Positions 29,535 through 39,207 of a stretch of 64,000 nucleotides of DNA are shown one piece after another. Position numbers and translations under genes: made by a program. The first letter of the stretch is position 1, and each line of letters opens with the position of its first letter. The notes beneath the pieces were generated by a model. It saw only the letters and a list, made by a program, of their open reading frames with translations, searched no databases and was not told where the DNA came from. Origin of the DNA: Chloroflexota bacterium (GTDB taxonomy: Bacteria > Chloroflexota > UBA11872 > VXOZ01); contig OZ219802.1 of the NCBI GenBank assembly GCA_964291655.2, forward strand, positions 1,248,001 through 1,312,000. The letters are read 5' to 3'.

Positions 29535-30848
29535 ATGACGCAACAGAAGCACTTCAAGCAACTCGTCCGCGCCCGCATGGCGAAGACCGGCGAGAGTTAC
29601 ACCACCGCTCGCCGTCACGTACTCGCAGCCCGCACAGAAAGAGAGCAATCCTTGGCTGAGTTTCCCCACTTTCCCGGTGCCCATCCTGAGACAACCGCCC
29701 TGCGGGCGGCCCTGGCTCACGCGGGCGTTACTAATCCGGAAACCGGCGAATTCTTCACGGAATCCATGGTCTTCGGCATTGCCGGCGGCATTGGCGCCGG
29801 CGTGTTTCACTTCTACTACGCTGCCGAGGATTTTGCCAGCTTTTATGTTGCCGGTCGGCACCGCTGGCATGAGAGCGATACGTATGTGAACGACGCCTGT
29901 CTGCGCTTTGGCGTGACGCCAAGTGTCCTCGAGACTGGCGCCAAGAAACGAGCCGCCGCGCAGCTGGCTGAAGCCGTAGCAGCTACAGGCTGTGCCATTG
30001 CGTGGGTGGACATGGGACTGCTGCCGTATCGGGGCGCGCCGCCCGGCCTGGAAGGCGGGGGCTACCACGTGGTAACAGTGTATGAGATCAACGAGGACGA
30101 GGCGCTGATTGGGGACCTTACCGATGAACCCATCGCGATAGCGCTTGCTGACCTCGCTGCGGCCCGCGCCCGCATTAAGAAGCAGAAGAACCGTGTGCTC
30201 ACCGTTGCCGGCCCGCAGCAGGACCTTGTGCTGCGGGAAGCGGTGCTGGCGGGCGTCAAGGCCTGTCACGACGGACTGCAGAACCAGCGCATGAAGAACT
30301 TCACTTTGGAAGCCTTCAAGACCTGGGCGGACCGCATGCACGGCAGCAGCGGCAAGGAGAGTTGGGAGCAGGTCTTTCCCCCCGGTCATCGCCTCCTGCA
30401 AGGACTGCGCTCGGTCTATGACTTCGTCGAGCACTACCATACGGGCGGCGGTCTGATGCGCCCGCTCTATGCCGCATTCTTCCAAGAGGCGGCTGAGACG
30501 CTGGAGGAAAATGCATTCCTGCCGCTCGCAGAAGTGTACGCCGACCTGGGCAGGCTGTGGGGCGAACTGGCCAATGCGGCCCTGCCGGATGACGTGGCGC
30601 CTTTCCGTGAAGCGAAGACACTGCTCGCCCGCCGGGAAGAGATCTTCCTCAGCCAAGGCCTCGCCGCAACCGAGGAGATCAAGGGCATCTGGGCCCAGCT
30701 CACCGCGCTGGAACGCGACATGGGCAAGGAATTCCCCCTCACGGATGCGGAGAGCAACCAGCTCAGAGCTGAGCTAAAGGAACGCATCCTGGTAATCTAT
30801 GAAAAAGAGCGCGCCGCCCACGAAGCGCTGGGCGCCCTGGCGAACTAG
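29535..30848 (+). CDS. BtrH N-terminal-like / DUF4872-like protein with a basic N-terminal 'RARMAKTGESY' module
   Basis: 'FGIAGGIG', 'AWVDMGLLPY', 'GYHVVTVY' and 'GGGLMRPLYAAFFQEAA'; AAGG RBS before the ATG at 29535. Confidence 0.7.
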   Translation: MTQQKHFKQLVRARMAKTGESYTTARRHVLAARTEREQSLAEFPHFPGAHPETTALRAALAHAGVTNPETGEFFTESMVFGIAGGIGAGVFHFYYAAEDFASFYVAGRHRWHESDTYVNDACLRFGVTPSVLETGAKKRAAAQLAEAVAATGCAIAWVDMGLLPYRGAPPGLEGGGYHVVTVYEINEDEALIGDLTDEPIAIALADLAAARARIKKQKNRVLTVAGPQQDLVLREAVLAGVKACHDGLQNQRMKNFTLEAFKTWADRMHGSSGKESWEQVFPPGHRLLQGLRSVYDFVEHYHTGGGLMRPLYAAFFQEAAETLEENAFLPLAEVYADLGRLWGELANAALPDDVAPFREAKTLLARREEIFLSQGLAATEEIKGIWAQLTALERDMGKEFPLTDAESNQLRAELKERILVIYEKERAAHEALGALAN

Positions 30849-31043
30849 ACACAGGCTGCCCGTGGTGCCTTTGTGCGCGTAGCCTGGCGCGGCGCTGTTG
30901 TCCTGCCTAAGTTCAGAGAATCCATGCCGGGCGCGGCGCTGTTGTACCGCCTGAGGGAACACTGCGTATTAGCAGTCCGTAGACTCTCTCCCCCTTGCAC
31001 CTGTTTAGGCACTCTCGATCGTTCGCGGTGAGCCTGTCATTCC

Positions 31044-31454
31044 TGCAGATGTCAGGTAATTCGTTGACAGACTTGGTAAAAGAAACATGGGAGCAGAACT
31101 CTGTGCTCGCCTACATTCATGTCATTCCGAACGGAGCGTAGCGGAGTGTCGCTCTTAGCGCGGAATCTAGAGTGCTGAGGCCGTGGAAGTGTGTTGAGCA
31201 GGGACCCTAGATTCCGCGAACAGTGTTCGACGCTACGCTCGGAATGACAAGGCCTTGTAGCACTTTCTACGGAGACCTTTGCATAACCCATCACCTATGA
31301 GGGGGAAGGATGGGATGGGGGTGAAACGAGTTGACATTATGTTATCTCTAGGTGTAAATGCGCCCTGGATTCCGGCTTTCGCCGGAATGACGGAGTTACG
31401 CAAAGGTCTCCTACGGGAGAGCGAATTCTGTCAACGAATTAGTCACCACTTACA
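31044..31454. mobile_element. MITE family A copy with a nested MITE family B (31272-31410)
   Basis: TIRs flanked by ATTCC on both sides; the nested element is flanked by CTACG on both sides. Confidence 0.7.
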
Positions 31455-31575
31455 ATTCCGTTCGCGGTGAGCCTGTCGAACCGTGAACGATCGTTGCAGT
31501 CGGTGCTCATTGCCAATCACAGCGCCCGCACCCAGTTCAAAACTCCAGACACTGCCCCCCTTAGACCCTTAAACG

Positions 31576-32163
31576 CTATTCCCCCAGTCCCCGGCGCACT
31601 TCAGCAATGAGCGCAGGATCGGCCTTGAGGCGGATAGCGTTCTGCAGGTCTGACTGTGCCCGTGCCGCGCGGCCGGCGTAGCTATTGGCCAGCGCGCGAA
31701 AAGCGTAGGCGCGCGCGTGGCGGTCGTCGAGTTGAATGGCGAGGGTGAACTCGGTAATCGCGCCGTCGAAGTCGCCGAGGTCGTAATACGTGAGGCCGCG
31801 CTTGAAGTGCCGCGCTGCGGTGTTGGTTGCCGTCGTGGCGCCACTAGCCGAAGATCTGGGCACCACGTCGGCTCTTTCTAACGTGTAGTACGCGAGTGGG
31901 TGACTGGTGTAGGCGTTGGGTGCGAGAATGGGCGGGATTTCACCGCTGGCATAGCCCTTCTGACGCTCGTAGTAGTTCTTGTAAATGAACGCATTGTGGC
32001 GGTCGTAGTGCCCGGCCAATTCCGCCCACGGCGTTGTGGCTACCCAGGAATAGTCGAGGACGGGCTGCTGCGCCTCCGGGGCAGGAACGCCCCGTATGTC
32101 ACAACCCGCAAGCACGAGCGCCCACACCATGAAGTACAAGAGAACCGGCTTTTGTGCTCTCAT
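31576..32163 (-). CDS. TPR-repeat lipoprotein
   Basis: Lipobox 'LAGC'; 'HFKRGLTYYDLGDFDGAITEFTLAIQLD' TPRs. Confidence 0.75.
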   Translation of the reverse strand: MRAQKPVLLYFMVWALVLAGCDIRGVPAPEAQQPVLDYSWVATTPWAELAGHYDRHNAFIYKNYYERQKGYASGEIPPILAPNAYTSHPLAYYTLERADVVPRSSASGATTATNTAARHFKRGLTYYDLGDFDGAITEFTLAIQLDDRHARAYAFRALANSYAGRAARAQSDLQNAIRLKADPALIAEVRRGLGE

Positions 32164-32448
32164 GCCCTTTTCTCCCCATGCGCGCCACGCCTTACCCTAT
32201 TTCACCACGTCAATGTGAGCATTGTCACCCCGCAGCCGTCGACTCATCGCGTCTCTGACAGCAGGCAGACGCGGCGCAGGGGCTCTTCCTCTGCCCTCGG
32301 CGCAGGTTACAAACCTGCGCTACCGGAGGGAGCGTTGTGCTCCGGTCAAAGTTCGTTTGCATGTTAGTGTGTTTCACGCGGCACGAGAGCAGCGCGAGCC
32401 GGGCATATATAATGACGGCAAGGCCCTATACCTAGGAGGTTACCTGCA

Positions 32449-33666
32449 ATGTCCAAACCACAAGTCGCCATTCAGCGTTGTGCTATCGGCGCAGACCAAG
32501 CGGAAGTAGACGCGGCAGTAGCGGAAGCGGTACATGCCATTGGCGGCATACCGCCGGCGGTCCGCACTGCCCGGAGTATCGTGGTCAAGCCAAACTACGT
32601 TGGCGTCATGTTCCGAGCAAACAACGAGGACGTGCGCATGCACAAGGGGCGTCACGCACACAATACGGAACCTGCCGTCTGCGCCGCCGCCGTCAAGCTG
32701 ATTCGCGAGGCAAACCCCAGCGCGACCATCTACTACGGAGACGGGTTGGACATCCAACACGCCCACCGTACGAAAGAAGATATTTTCGATTTCATGGGAG
32801 CCACGTCGCTGGCAAAGGAATTCGACTTGACGCTCCTGGACTGTAACGAAGGTGAGTTCGTGCAGGTGCCCGTACCCGACGGCGTGATGCTGCGCTACCT
32901 CTGGGTGCGCCGTGAAATCGCCGAGGCCGATACGTACGTGTCACTCGCCAAGCTCAAGTGCCATCAGACTGCGGGCTTCACTATTTCCACTAAGAACATG
33001 TTCGGCTTGCTGCCGCGCGCGCACTACGGCGCAGGCAATCGCGGCTTCATGCATCAGAATGCCCATCGTTTGATGCGGGTGTTTGTAACGGTCAATCAGG
33101 CCTTTCCGCAATCGTTCCAGGTGATTGACGGCATCGTAGGGACGAATCACGGCATGAGCGGCGAGCCCAAGGAAGCCGGTCTGGTGATGGCAGGCACGAA
33201 CTCCATCGCCACGGACGCTGTGGGCATGAAGGTAATGGGGTTCGACCCACAGGCCGACTTCGGCACGCCGCCGTTCTTCATCGCGGAAAACCATCTCCTC
33301 TTGGCTGAGAGGGCAGGCCTCGGCACAACAAATCTCGATGAGATTGAGGTCGTGGGCGAGTCGCCGGAGTCGTTCGGTCTGCAATTCGAGACGAGGCCGG
33401 AAGCCGACTTCTCACATGCCAAGGCCGCGGCTATTCTTGACGCCACCCGGGCCCAAGCGCGCGTCTACCTGGAGAAACGCGATGAGTTGCTGCGCACCCA
33501 CCGGGGCAAGTTTGTGTTCTTAGTGGATGGCGAAGTGGTGCAGAGCGTTGCTACCATCGCCGAGGCCGCCAAGCTCGACTACTTCAACAATGCGCACGGC
33601 TTTGGCTTTGCCACACAGGTGCTGCCGCCCACCGAAGCGGCTGAGATCGTTGAAGCGTATCTCTAA
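32449..33666 (+). CDS. DUF362 domain protein with a small C-terminal extra domain
   Basis: 'VVKPN', 'KLKCHQTAGFTISTKNMFG', 'VIDGIVG' and 'ATDAV'. Confidence 0.8.
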   Translation: MSKPQVAIQRCAIGADQAEVDAAVAEAVHAIGGIPPAVRTARSIVVKPNYVGVMFRANNEDVRMHKGRHAHNTEPAVCAAAVKLIREANPSATIYYGDGLDIQHAHRTKEDIFDFMGATSLAKEFDLTLLDCNEGEFVQVPVPDGVMLRYLWVRREIAEADTYVSLAKLKCHQTAGFTISTKNMFGLLPRAHYGAGNRGFMHQNAHRLMRVFVTVNQAFPQSFQVIDGIVGTNHGMSGEPKEAGLVMAGTNSIATDAVGMKVMGFDPQADFGTPPFFIAENHLLLAERAGLGTTNLDEIEVVGESPESFGLQFETRPEADFSHAKAAAILDATRAQARVYLEKRDELLRTHRGKFVFLVDGEVVQSVATIAEAAKLDYFNNAHGFGFATQVLPPTEAAEIVEAYL

Positions 33667-33904
33667 TGGCAACAACGGGAACATAGAGCGCATACAAAGG
33701 TCAAGGCTCTGCCACCCGCTGCTGTTCTCGAGCGTCAAAGGGAACTGCCACCGATTCGCTTGAGTCGGCGCACGTTGTAAGAGTCCAGCGCTGCCTCCCC
33801 TCGCGCCACTATTGCGGAAGTAAACTGGGTGGCCCACGCAGCGGATAAGACACGGCTGCGCAGTGTATCGCCGCGTTCCGCTGTGTAATTGGCATCCGGC
33901 CGGC

Positions 33905-35062
33905 TTATTCGTACACCGTCTCACCGGTCTTGTTGGCGTTAATGAAGTCCCAATCGAGTTCGACACCCAGGCCGGGGCCGTCCGGTACCGCCACACAGCC
34001 TTCGGAATCCACGGAATAGAGTTCATCGCGCCACTTGGGATCGGCGTAGATGGGCGCTTTGGTGTGTTTCACGTTGGGGTGCACCAGACCAAGCTCGTAG
34101 TAGTTCGTGTTGCGAATGGCCGCCATGCAGTGGCGGTGCGCCAGGCCGCCGCCATGCAATTCCACGTCCAAGCCGTAGGCTTCCGCCAGCACCGCCAGTT
34201 TCATCACGCCCGTAATGCCGCCGTCACGTCCGCTGCCGGCGCGCAGGTAGTCAACGGCCCCGGCGTGGATGGCGTCCGCTTTAGTTTCCAGACCGCGGAT
34301 GTGCTCACCCATCAGCAATGGCGTCTTGATGAACTGCCGCAGCTTGGCGTGGACAAACTGCGAAACGCCGCCGCCCCGAAAGGCATCTTCGTACCAGAAG
34401 TACTGCGCTTCGTCGCAGGCGCGGCCGACTTTCAGCACGTCGTCGAAGGTGCCGAACGCCCCGGCGGGATCGAGCATGATGTCCATGTCGTCGCCCACGG
34501 CATCGCGAATGGCGAGCACCGCCGCCACTTCACGGGTGATGGGCGCGCCGATCCAGCCGTGTATTTTAAAGGCCGGATAGCCGTACTCTTCCTTACAATG
34601 CAAAGCGAACTCGCCATAGTCTTCCGGCGTGCTCAGGCCGCCGTTCTCGTCGCCGTGGTAGGTGCTGGCGTAGCAGGGCAGGCGCGTGCGCCAGCCGCCG
34701 AGGAGAGCCGCTATGGGAACCCCCGCCAGCTTGCCGGCGATGTCCCACAGGGCCACGTCATGGTCGCCTGGGGGTGTGGAGGTGCTGCCGCGAAAGAGAC
34801 GCTTGAGGTCCTGCCAGATGATCTCGCGTTCGAGCGGATTGCGACCCAGCAGATAGTTGGCGGTGCGGGAGTCAATGCCGCCGGGGATCTCGGCGCGCAC
34901 GCCTGCATCGGTTTCGATGATCAGGATGCTGCCGCCGCCGCCCAACCGAGCGCCCTCCTTGTAGACCATGTCAAAACCGTACATATCCTCCAGCGTGAGA
35001 TTCTCGATCTCGTGCGCATATTTCGTCACGACAATGCGCGTAATCTTCGGCGCTGCGCCCAT
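33905..35062 (-). CDS. Mandelate racemase/muconate lactonizing enzyme family enolase
   Basis: 'DVALWDIAGK', 'FKIH', 'MLD', 'WYED', 'GEH' and 'PDGPGLGVE'. Confidence 0.88.
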   Translation of the reverse strand: MGAAPKITRIVVTKYAHEIENLTLEDMYGFDMVYKEGARLGGGGSILIIETDAGVRAEIPGGIDSRTANYLLGRNPLEREIIWQDLKRLFRGSTSTPPGDHDVALWDIAGKLAGVPIAALLGGWRTRLPCYASTYHGDENGGLSTPEDYGEFALHCKEEYGYPAFKIHGWIGAPITREVAAVLAIRDAVGDDMDIMLDPAGAFGTFDDVLKVGRACDEAQYFWYEDAFRGGGVSQFVHAKLRQFIKTPLLMGEHIRGLETKADAIHAGAVDYLRAGSGRDGGITGVMKLAVLAEAYGLDVELHGGGLAHRHCMAAIRNTNYYELGLVHPNVKHTKAPIYADPKWRDELYSVDSEGCVAVPDGPGLGVELDWDFINANKTGETVYE

Positions 35063-35331
35063 GCGTCTCTTCTCCTTGCTAAAGGCAGATGTTCAGAAGT
35101 TTGGTAGTAGGGTACCAGCTTTACCCTTTGATCTTAAGCAAATGCCGCGAGCACGTGGGATGGCGTACCCCTTCCTCGATCCGTCTGGCCGGAGGCTTGA
35201 GCCGTTCAATGGGCGCAAGGTAAAGCGGGTAGGCGGCATTTCCTGTGCTACAATGGGGTGTATCAAGCGGTAGATTCACACATTTTGACACAACTTTATA
35301 CGTAAAATCGTATGCGGAGGCGTTCGAAAAT

Positions 35332-37971
35332 ATGAGCCAACCGGAAGAGCCGGCATCTGCGACGAAGTCGGAGACTGCGACGAAGTCGACGGCCGCCGAG
35401 CAAGAGTCGACAAGTGTTGTAGAGAGCCCTGCGGAAGCGCCAGCGGAAGCCGCCTCGCCGGAGGCTGCGGTAGACGTGGCGGAAGCGGCTGTTGCCCCAG
35501 TGGAAGCAGAGAAGTCTTCAGAGGACTACCAGCCGCAGGAATTCGAGCAGGCGTGGCAGGCGCGCTGGCGCGATACGAAACTCTACAAGACTGAAGACAC
35601 CGAGGACAGCCGCAAGACGTACTACTGCCTCGATTTCTTCCCCTATCCTTCTGGTGACGGTCTCTCCGTCGGTCACTGCCATAACTATATTCCCACGGAT
35701 GTAATCTCCCGTCAGATGCGCATGCGCGGCTATAACGTGCTGCACCCCATGGGCTGGGATGCCTTCGGCTTGCCCGCTGAGAACCGGGCCCGTGACACGG
35801 GTATCGCGCCACGGCTGACCGTGGACCAGAACACTGCAAATTACAAACGCCAACTCGACCTTATCGGTTGCTCGTACGACTGGGATCGCGAGATCGACTC
35901 CAGCGCGCCGGAATACTACAGATTTACCCAGTGGCTCTTTCTGCTCATCCACCGCCGCGGCTTGGCGTATAAGGCCAAGGGCCAACAGTGGTGGTGCCCG
36001 TCATGCCAGACTATTCTGGCCAACGAGCAGGTGCACGACGGCCGCTGCTGGCGCTGCGAATCTTTGGTGGAGAAGAAGAGCCTGGAGCAATGGTATTTCA
36101 AAATCACGGACTACGCGGACCGCCTGCTCAACGATTTGGAGAAAATTGACTGGCCGGAATCTACCAAAGAAATGCAGCGTAACTGGATTGGCCGCAGCGA
36201 GGGCACGGAAGCCGTCTTTCTGACTGAATTCGGCGACGAACTGCGTGTCTTTACCACTCGTGCGGATACGCTGTTTGGCGCTACCTTCATGGTGCTGGCG
36301 CCGGAACACGAGCTGGTGGACAAGCTCACCAAGCCGGAGCAGAAAGAGGCCGTAGACCGCTACGTGGCTGCCGCCGCGCGCACGGCGGAGACCGAACGCC
36401 AGTCTGCCGAGCGCGAAAAGACCGGCGTTTTCACCGGCTCCTACGCCGTCAATCCCGTGAATAACGAACATATCCCCATCTGGATCGCCGACTACGTACT
36501 GGTGACGTACGGTACCGGCGCCATTATGGCCGTGCCCGCTCACGACCAGCGCGACTTTGAGTTCGCGCAAAAGTTTGGCTTGGACGTGCGCGTGGTCGTG
36601 CAGCCGCCGGATGACGTCGACTGGGATGTATCCGACGCCTACGAGGGCGAGGGCACCTTGGTCAACTCCGAGGCGTTCGCTGGTGACACGTCCGCTGCAG
36701 GCGGGAAGAAGATAACGGATTGGCTGAACGAGCGCGACCTGGGCGGACCCAAGGTGCAGTTCCGCATGCGCGATTGGCTGATTTCGCGCCAGCGCTACTG
36801 GGGCGCCCCCATTCCCATGATCAAATGCCCGAAGTGCGGGTGGGTGGAGATGCCCACGCCGAAGCTGCCGGTGCTGCTGCCCGAAATCGATGACTTCCAA
36901 CCGACCGGTGACGGCCGTTCGCCCCTGGCCAAGGTGGGCTCTTTCATGGCCACCACGTGTCCGGATTGCGGCGGCCCCGCCGAACGCGAGACGGATACGA
37001 TGGATACCTTCGCGTGCTCATCGTGGTACTTCCTGCGCTTTGCAGATCCGCAAAACGACGAGTTGCCGTTCGGCCTCGATAAGGCGCGCCATTGGCTGCC
37101 GGTAGACCTCTACGTCGGCGGCGCCGAACACGCCACAATGCACCTGATCTACGCGCGTTTCTGGACCAAGGTCATCAAGGACGCCATGCTCATCGACTTC
37201 AACGAGCCGTTTACCAAACTGCGGCATCAAGGCGTCGTCCTGGCCCCGGACGGGAGCAGAATGTCCAAGAGTCGCGGCAACGTCATCGGCCCGGATGAAA
37301 TGGTAGAAAAGTTTGGCGTTGATGCGTTGCGCGTGTACGAACTCTTCATGGGTCCATTCGACCAGAACACGAGCTGGAACAGCGAGGGCATTCCCGGCGC
37401 GCGCCGCTGGTTGGTGCGCGTATGGAACATGCTGCTGGGCCGGGTCGAACAGGGCAGCGAGCCGCTGCCGGTCGAGAAAGCCGAGCCGGAGTTGAGCCGT
37501 TGGATCAACCGCGTCATCAAGCGCGCCGGTGAGGACATCGACGCGATGAAGTTCAACACCATGGTTGCCTACTTCATGGAGTTCACGAACTGGCTCTATA
37601 AAGTCTACACGCCGGAACTGGCGGCAACGGAGACCTGGAAGCGGTCCATGGCGCAATTCCTCCTGGTGCTGGCGCCGGTCGCGCCTCACCTGGCGGAAGA
37701 GGTCTGGGAGCGCTGGGGACATGAGTATTCCGTGCACCAGCAGGACTGGCCGGAATTCGACGAGGAGTTAATCCAGGAAGAGACATTCACGCTCGTCGTG
37801 CAAGTAAACGGCAAGGTGCGCGATACCATCGAGGCCCCCGTCTCGCTGGATGAAGAGAGCGCCCGTGAACTGGCGCTGGCAAGCGAGCGCGTGCAGCAGT
37901 TCTTGGACGGCAAAGACGTACGACTGGTGAAGTACGTGCCCGGGCGGCTGGTAAACGTGGTGGTGGGCTAG
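35332..37971 (+). CDS. leuS: Leucine--tRNA ligase
   Basis: 'FPYPSGDGLSVGH', 'GWDAFGLPAEN', 'DWLISRQRYWG', 'RMSKS' and 'VQVNGKVR'; GGAGG RBS before the ATG at 35332. Confidence 0.97.
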   Translation: MSQPEEPASATKSETATKSTAAEQESTSVVESPAEAPAEAASPEAAVDVAEAAVAPVEAEKSSEDYQPQEFEQAWQARWRDTKLYKTEDTEDSRKTYYCLDFFPYPSGDGLSVGHCHNYIPTDVISRQMRMRGYNVLHPMGWDAFGLPAENRARDTGIAPRLTVDQNTANYKRQLDLIGCSYDWDREIDSSAPEYYRFTQWLFLLIHRRGLAYKAKGQQWWCPSCQTILANEQVHDGRCWRCESLVEKKSLEQWYFKITDYADRLLNDLEKIDWPESTKEMQRNWIGRSEGTEAVFLTEFGDELRVFTTRADTLFGATFMVLAPEHELVDKLTKPEQKEAVDRYVAAAARTAETERQSAEREKTGVFTGSYAVNPVNNEHIPIWIADYVLVTYGTGAIMAVPAHDQRDFEFAQKFGLDVRVVVQPPDDVDWDVSDAYEGEGTLVNSEAFAGDTSAAGGKKITDWLNERDLGGPKVQFRMRDWLISRQRYWGAPIPMIKCPKCGWVEMPTPKLPVLLPEIDDFQPTGDGRSPLAKVGSFMATTCPDCGGPAERETDTMDTFACSSWYFLRFADPQNDELPFGLDKARHWLPVDLYVGGAEHATMHLIYARFWTKVIKDAMLIDFNEPFTKLRHQGVVLAPDGSRMSKSRGNVIGPDEMVEKFGVDALRVYELFMGPFDQNTSWNSEGIPGARRWLVRVWNMLLGRVEQGSEPLPVEKAEPELSRWINRVIKRAGEDIDAMKFNTMVAYFMEFTNWLYKVYTPELAATETWKRSMAQFLLVLAPVAPHLAEEVWERWGHEYSVHQQDWPEFDEELIQEETFTLVVQVNGKVRDTIEAPVSLDEESARELALASERVQQFLDGKDVRLVKYVPGRLVNVVVG

Positions 37972-38184
37972 AGGAGGGCTGGGCCGCTAAGCGCGTTGGT
38001 GCCTTGGGTGTTTGTTCCGGTAGCGCGTGCTCGCAGCCAATTTGTAGCCTTGCGTACTTTTCCTGGGTTGTGTGTCTTAGTATTCTGAATGTAGGTGCCA
38101 AGCGCCCTATTTTCATTGCTGGGTGCACGTACGGCCCTGGAGCTGACGAAAGTGGTTGTCGCCAAATGTCGTGCGTACGCCACA

Positions 38185-38561
38185 CCGTTCGCCCTGAGCT
38201 AGTCGAAGGGCAAGTGACTGCGCTTGGCGTAGTCTTGGGACGAGTGCTAACAATTGTGACGCAGAGGCCATTCCGTTCGCCCTGAGCTTGTCGAAGGGCA
38301 AGTGACTGCGCTTGGCGTACTCATGGGACGAGTGCTAACAATGGTGACGTAGAGGCCACACCGTTCGCCCTGAGCTTGTCGAAGGGCAAGTGACTGCGCT
38401 TGGCGTAGTCTTGGGACGAGTCTAACAGTGGTGACGCAGAGGCCATTCCGTTCGCCCTGAGCTTGTCAAAGGGCAAGTGCCAGCGCTTGGCCTAGTCATG
38501 GGACGAGTGCTAACGATGGTGACGCAGGGGCCGTTCCGTTCGCCCTGAGCTTGTCGAAGGG
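38185..38561. repeat. Tandem array of 87-88-bp units headed by the CCGTTCGCCCTGAGCTTGTCGAAGGG REP
   Basis: Heads at 38185, 38273, 38361, 38448 and 38536, with near-identical intervening sequence. Confidence 0.9.
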
Positions 38562-38634
38562 CCGCGGGGCATGAGAGTGGGGCCGGAGCATCTGCGAGAC
38601 GAGGGGTCACGCAAAGTTCAGGAGGAACAAAACG

Positions 38635-39207
38635 ATGAGAAGACGGAACGTGTTGTCCGGGCTGGCTTGCGGCGCCGCGGCCGTCGGACTGAGCGCGTGC
38701 GGCCAGACGTTAATCGGCCAGCGGAGCACCGGCGTCGCATCTGTTGACGTCAATGATCTTCCCGTGCTGGGCAAAGCCCCGGAGCTCATTGACACGACAT
38801 GGATCAACTCGGAACCGCTCACGCTTGCGGGTTTTCAGGGCAAGTCGGCCGTGGGCTTAGCCTTCTGGACCTATGGCTGAATCAACTGCCTGAACGATAT
38901 CCCCGGTCTGGTGGATATACATAATTCCTACGCCGACGATCGCTTCACTCTGATCAGCATTCACACGCCTGAGTTCAGCCACGAGAAAGTCGTGGACAAC
39001 GTGCGCAAGGCCGTAGACCGGCTCGGTCTGCCGTATCCCGTTGCCATCGATAACGACTTCAAGATCTGGCGGGCGTTCGGCAACCGCGCCTGGCCGACCC
39101 TCTACCTCATCGACCGACAAGGCGACGTGCGCATGTCCAAGGTCGGCGAAGGCCGCTTCGGCTTGGTGCGCGGAGCGATCGAATACCTCAAGGAAAACGA
39201 AGCCTAA
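38635..39207 (+). CDS. Tat-lipoprotein TlpA/DipZ-like redoxin, selenoprotein (UxxC)
   Basis: ORFs 38635..38880 and 38911..39207 are in frame; TGA falls at the CxxC position 'FWTYG-U-INC'; 'HTPEF' and 'AWPTLYLID' follow. Confidence 0.85.
38897..38918 (+). promoter_or_regulatory. Bacterial SECIS hairpin
   Basis: ATATCC-CC-GGTCT-GG-T-GGATAT stem-loop starting 16 nt after the UGA; GGUCU apex resembles the E. coli fdhF SECIS. Confidence 0.7.

Noticed and set aside
35063-35331. T-box leader upstream of leuS
   Set aside because: No T-box consensus or terminator/antiterminator is visible in the short divergent intergenic region.
38185-38561. CRISPR array
   Set aside because: The 'spacers' are near-identical to each other, the repeat is a dispersed REP, and there are no cas genes in the window.
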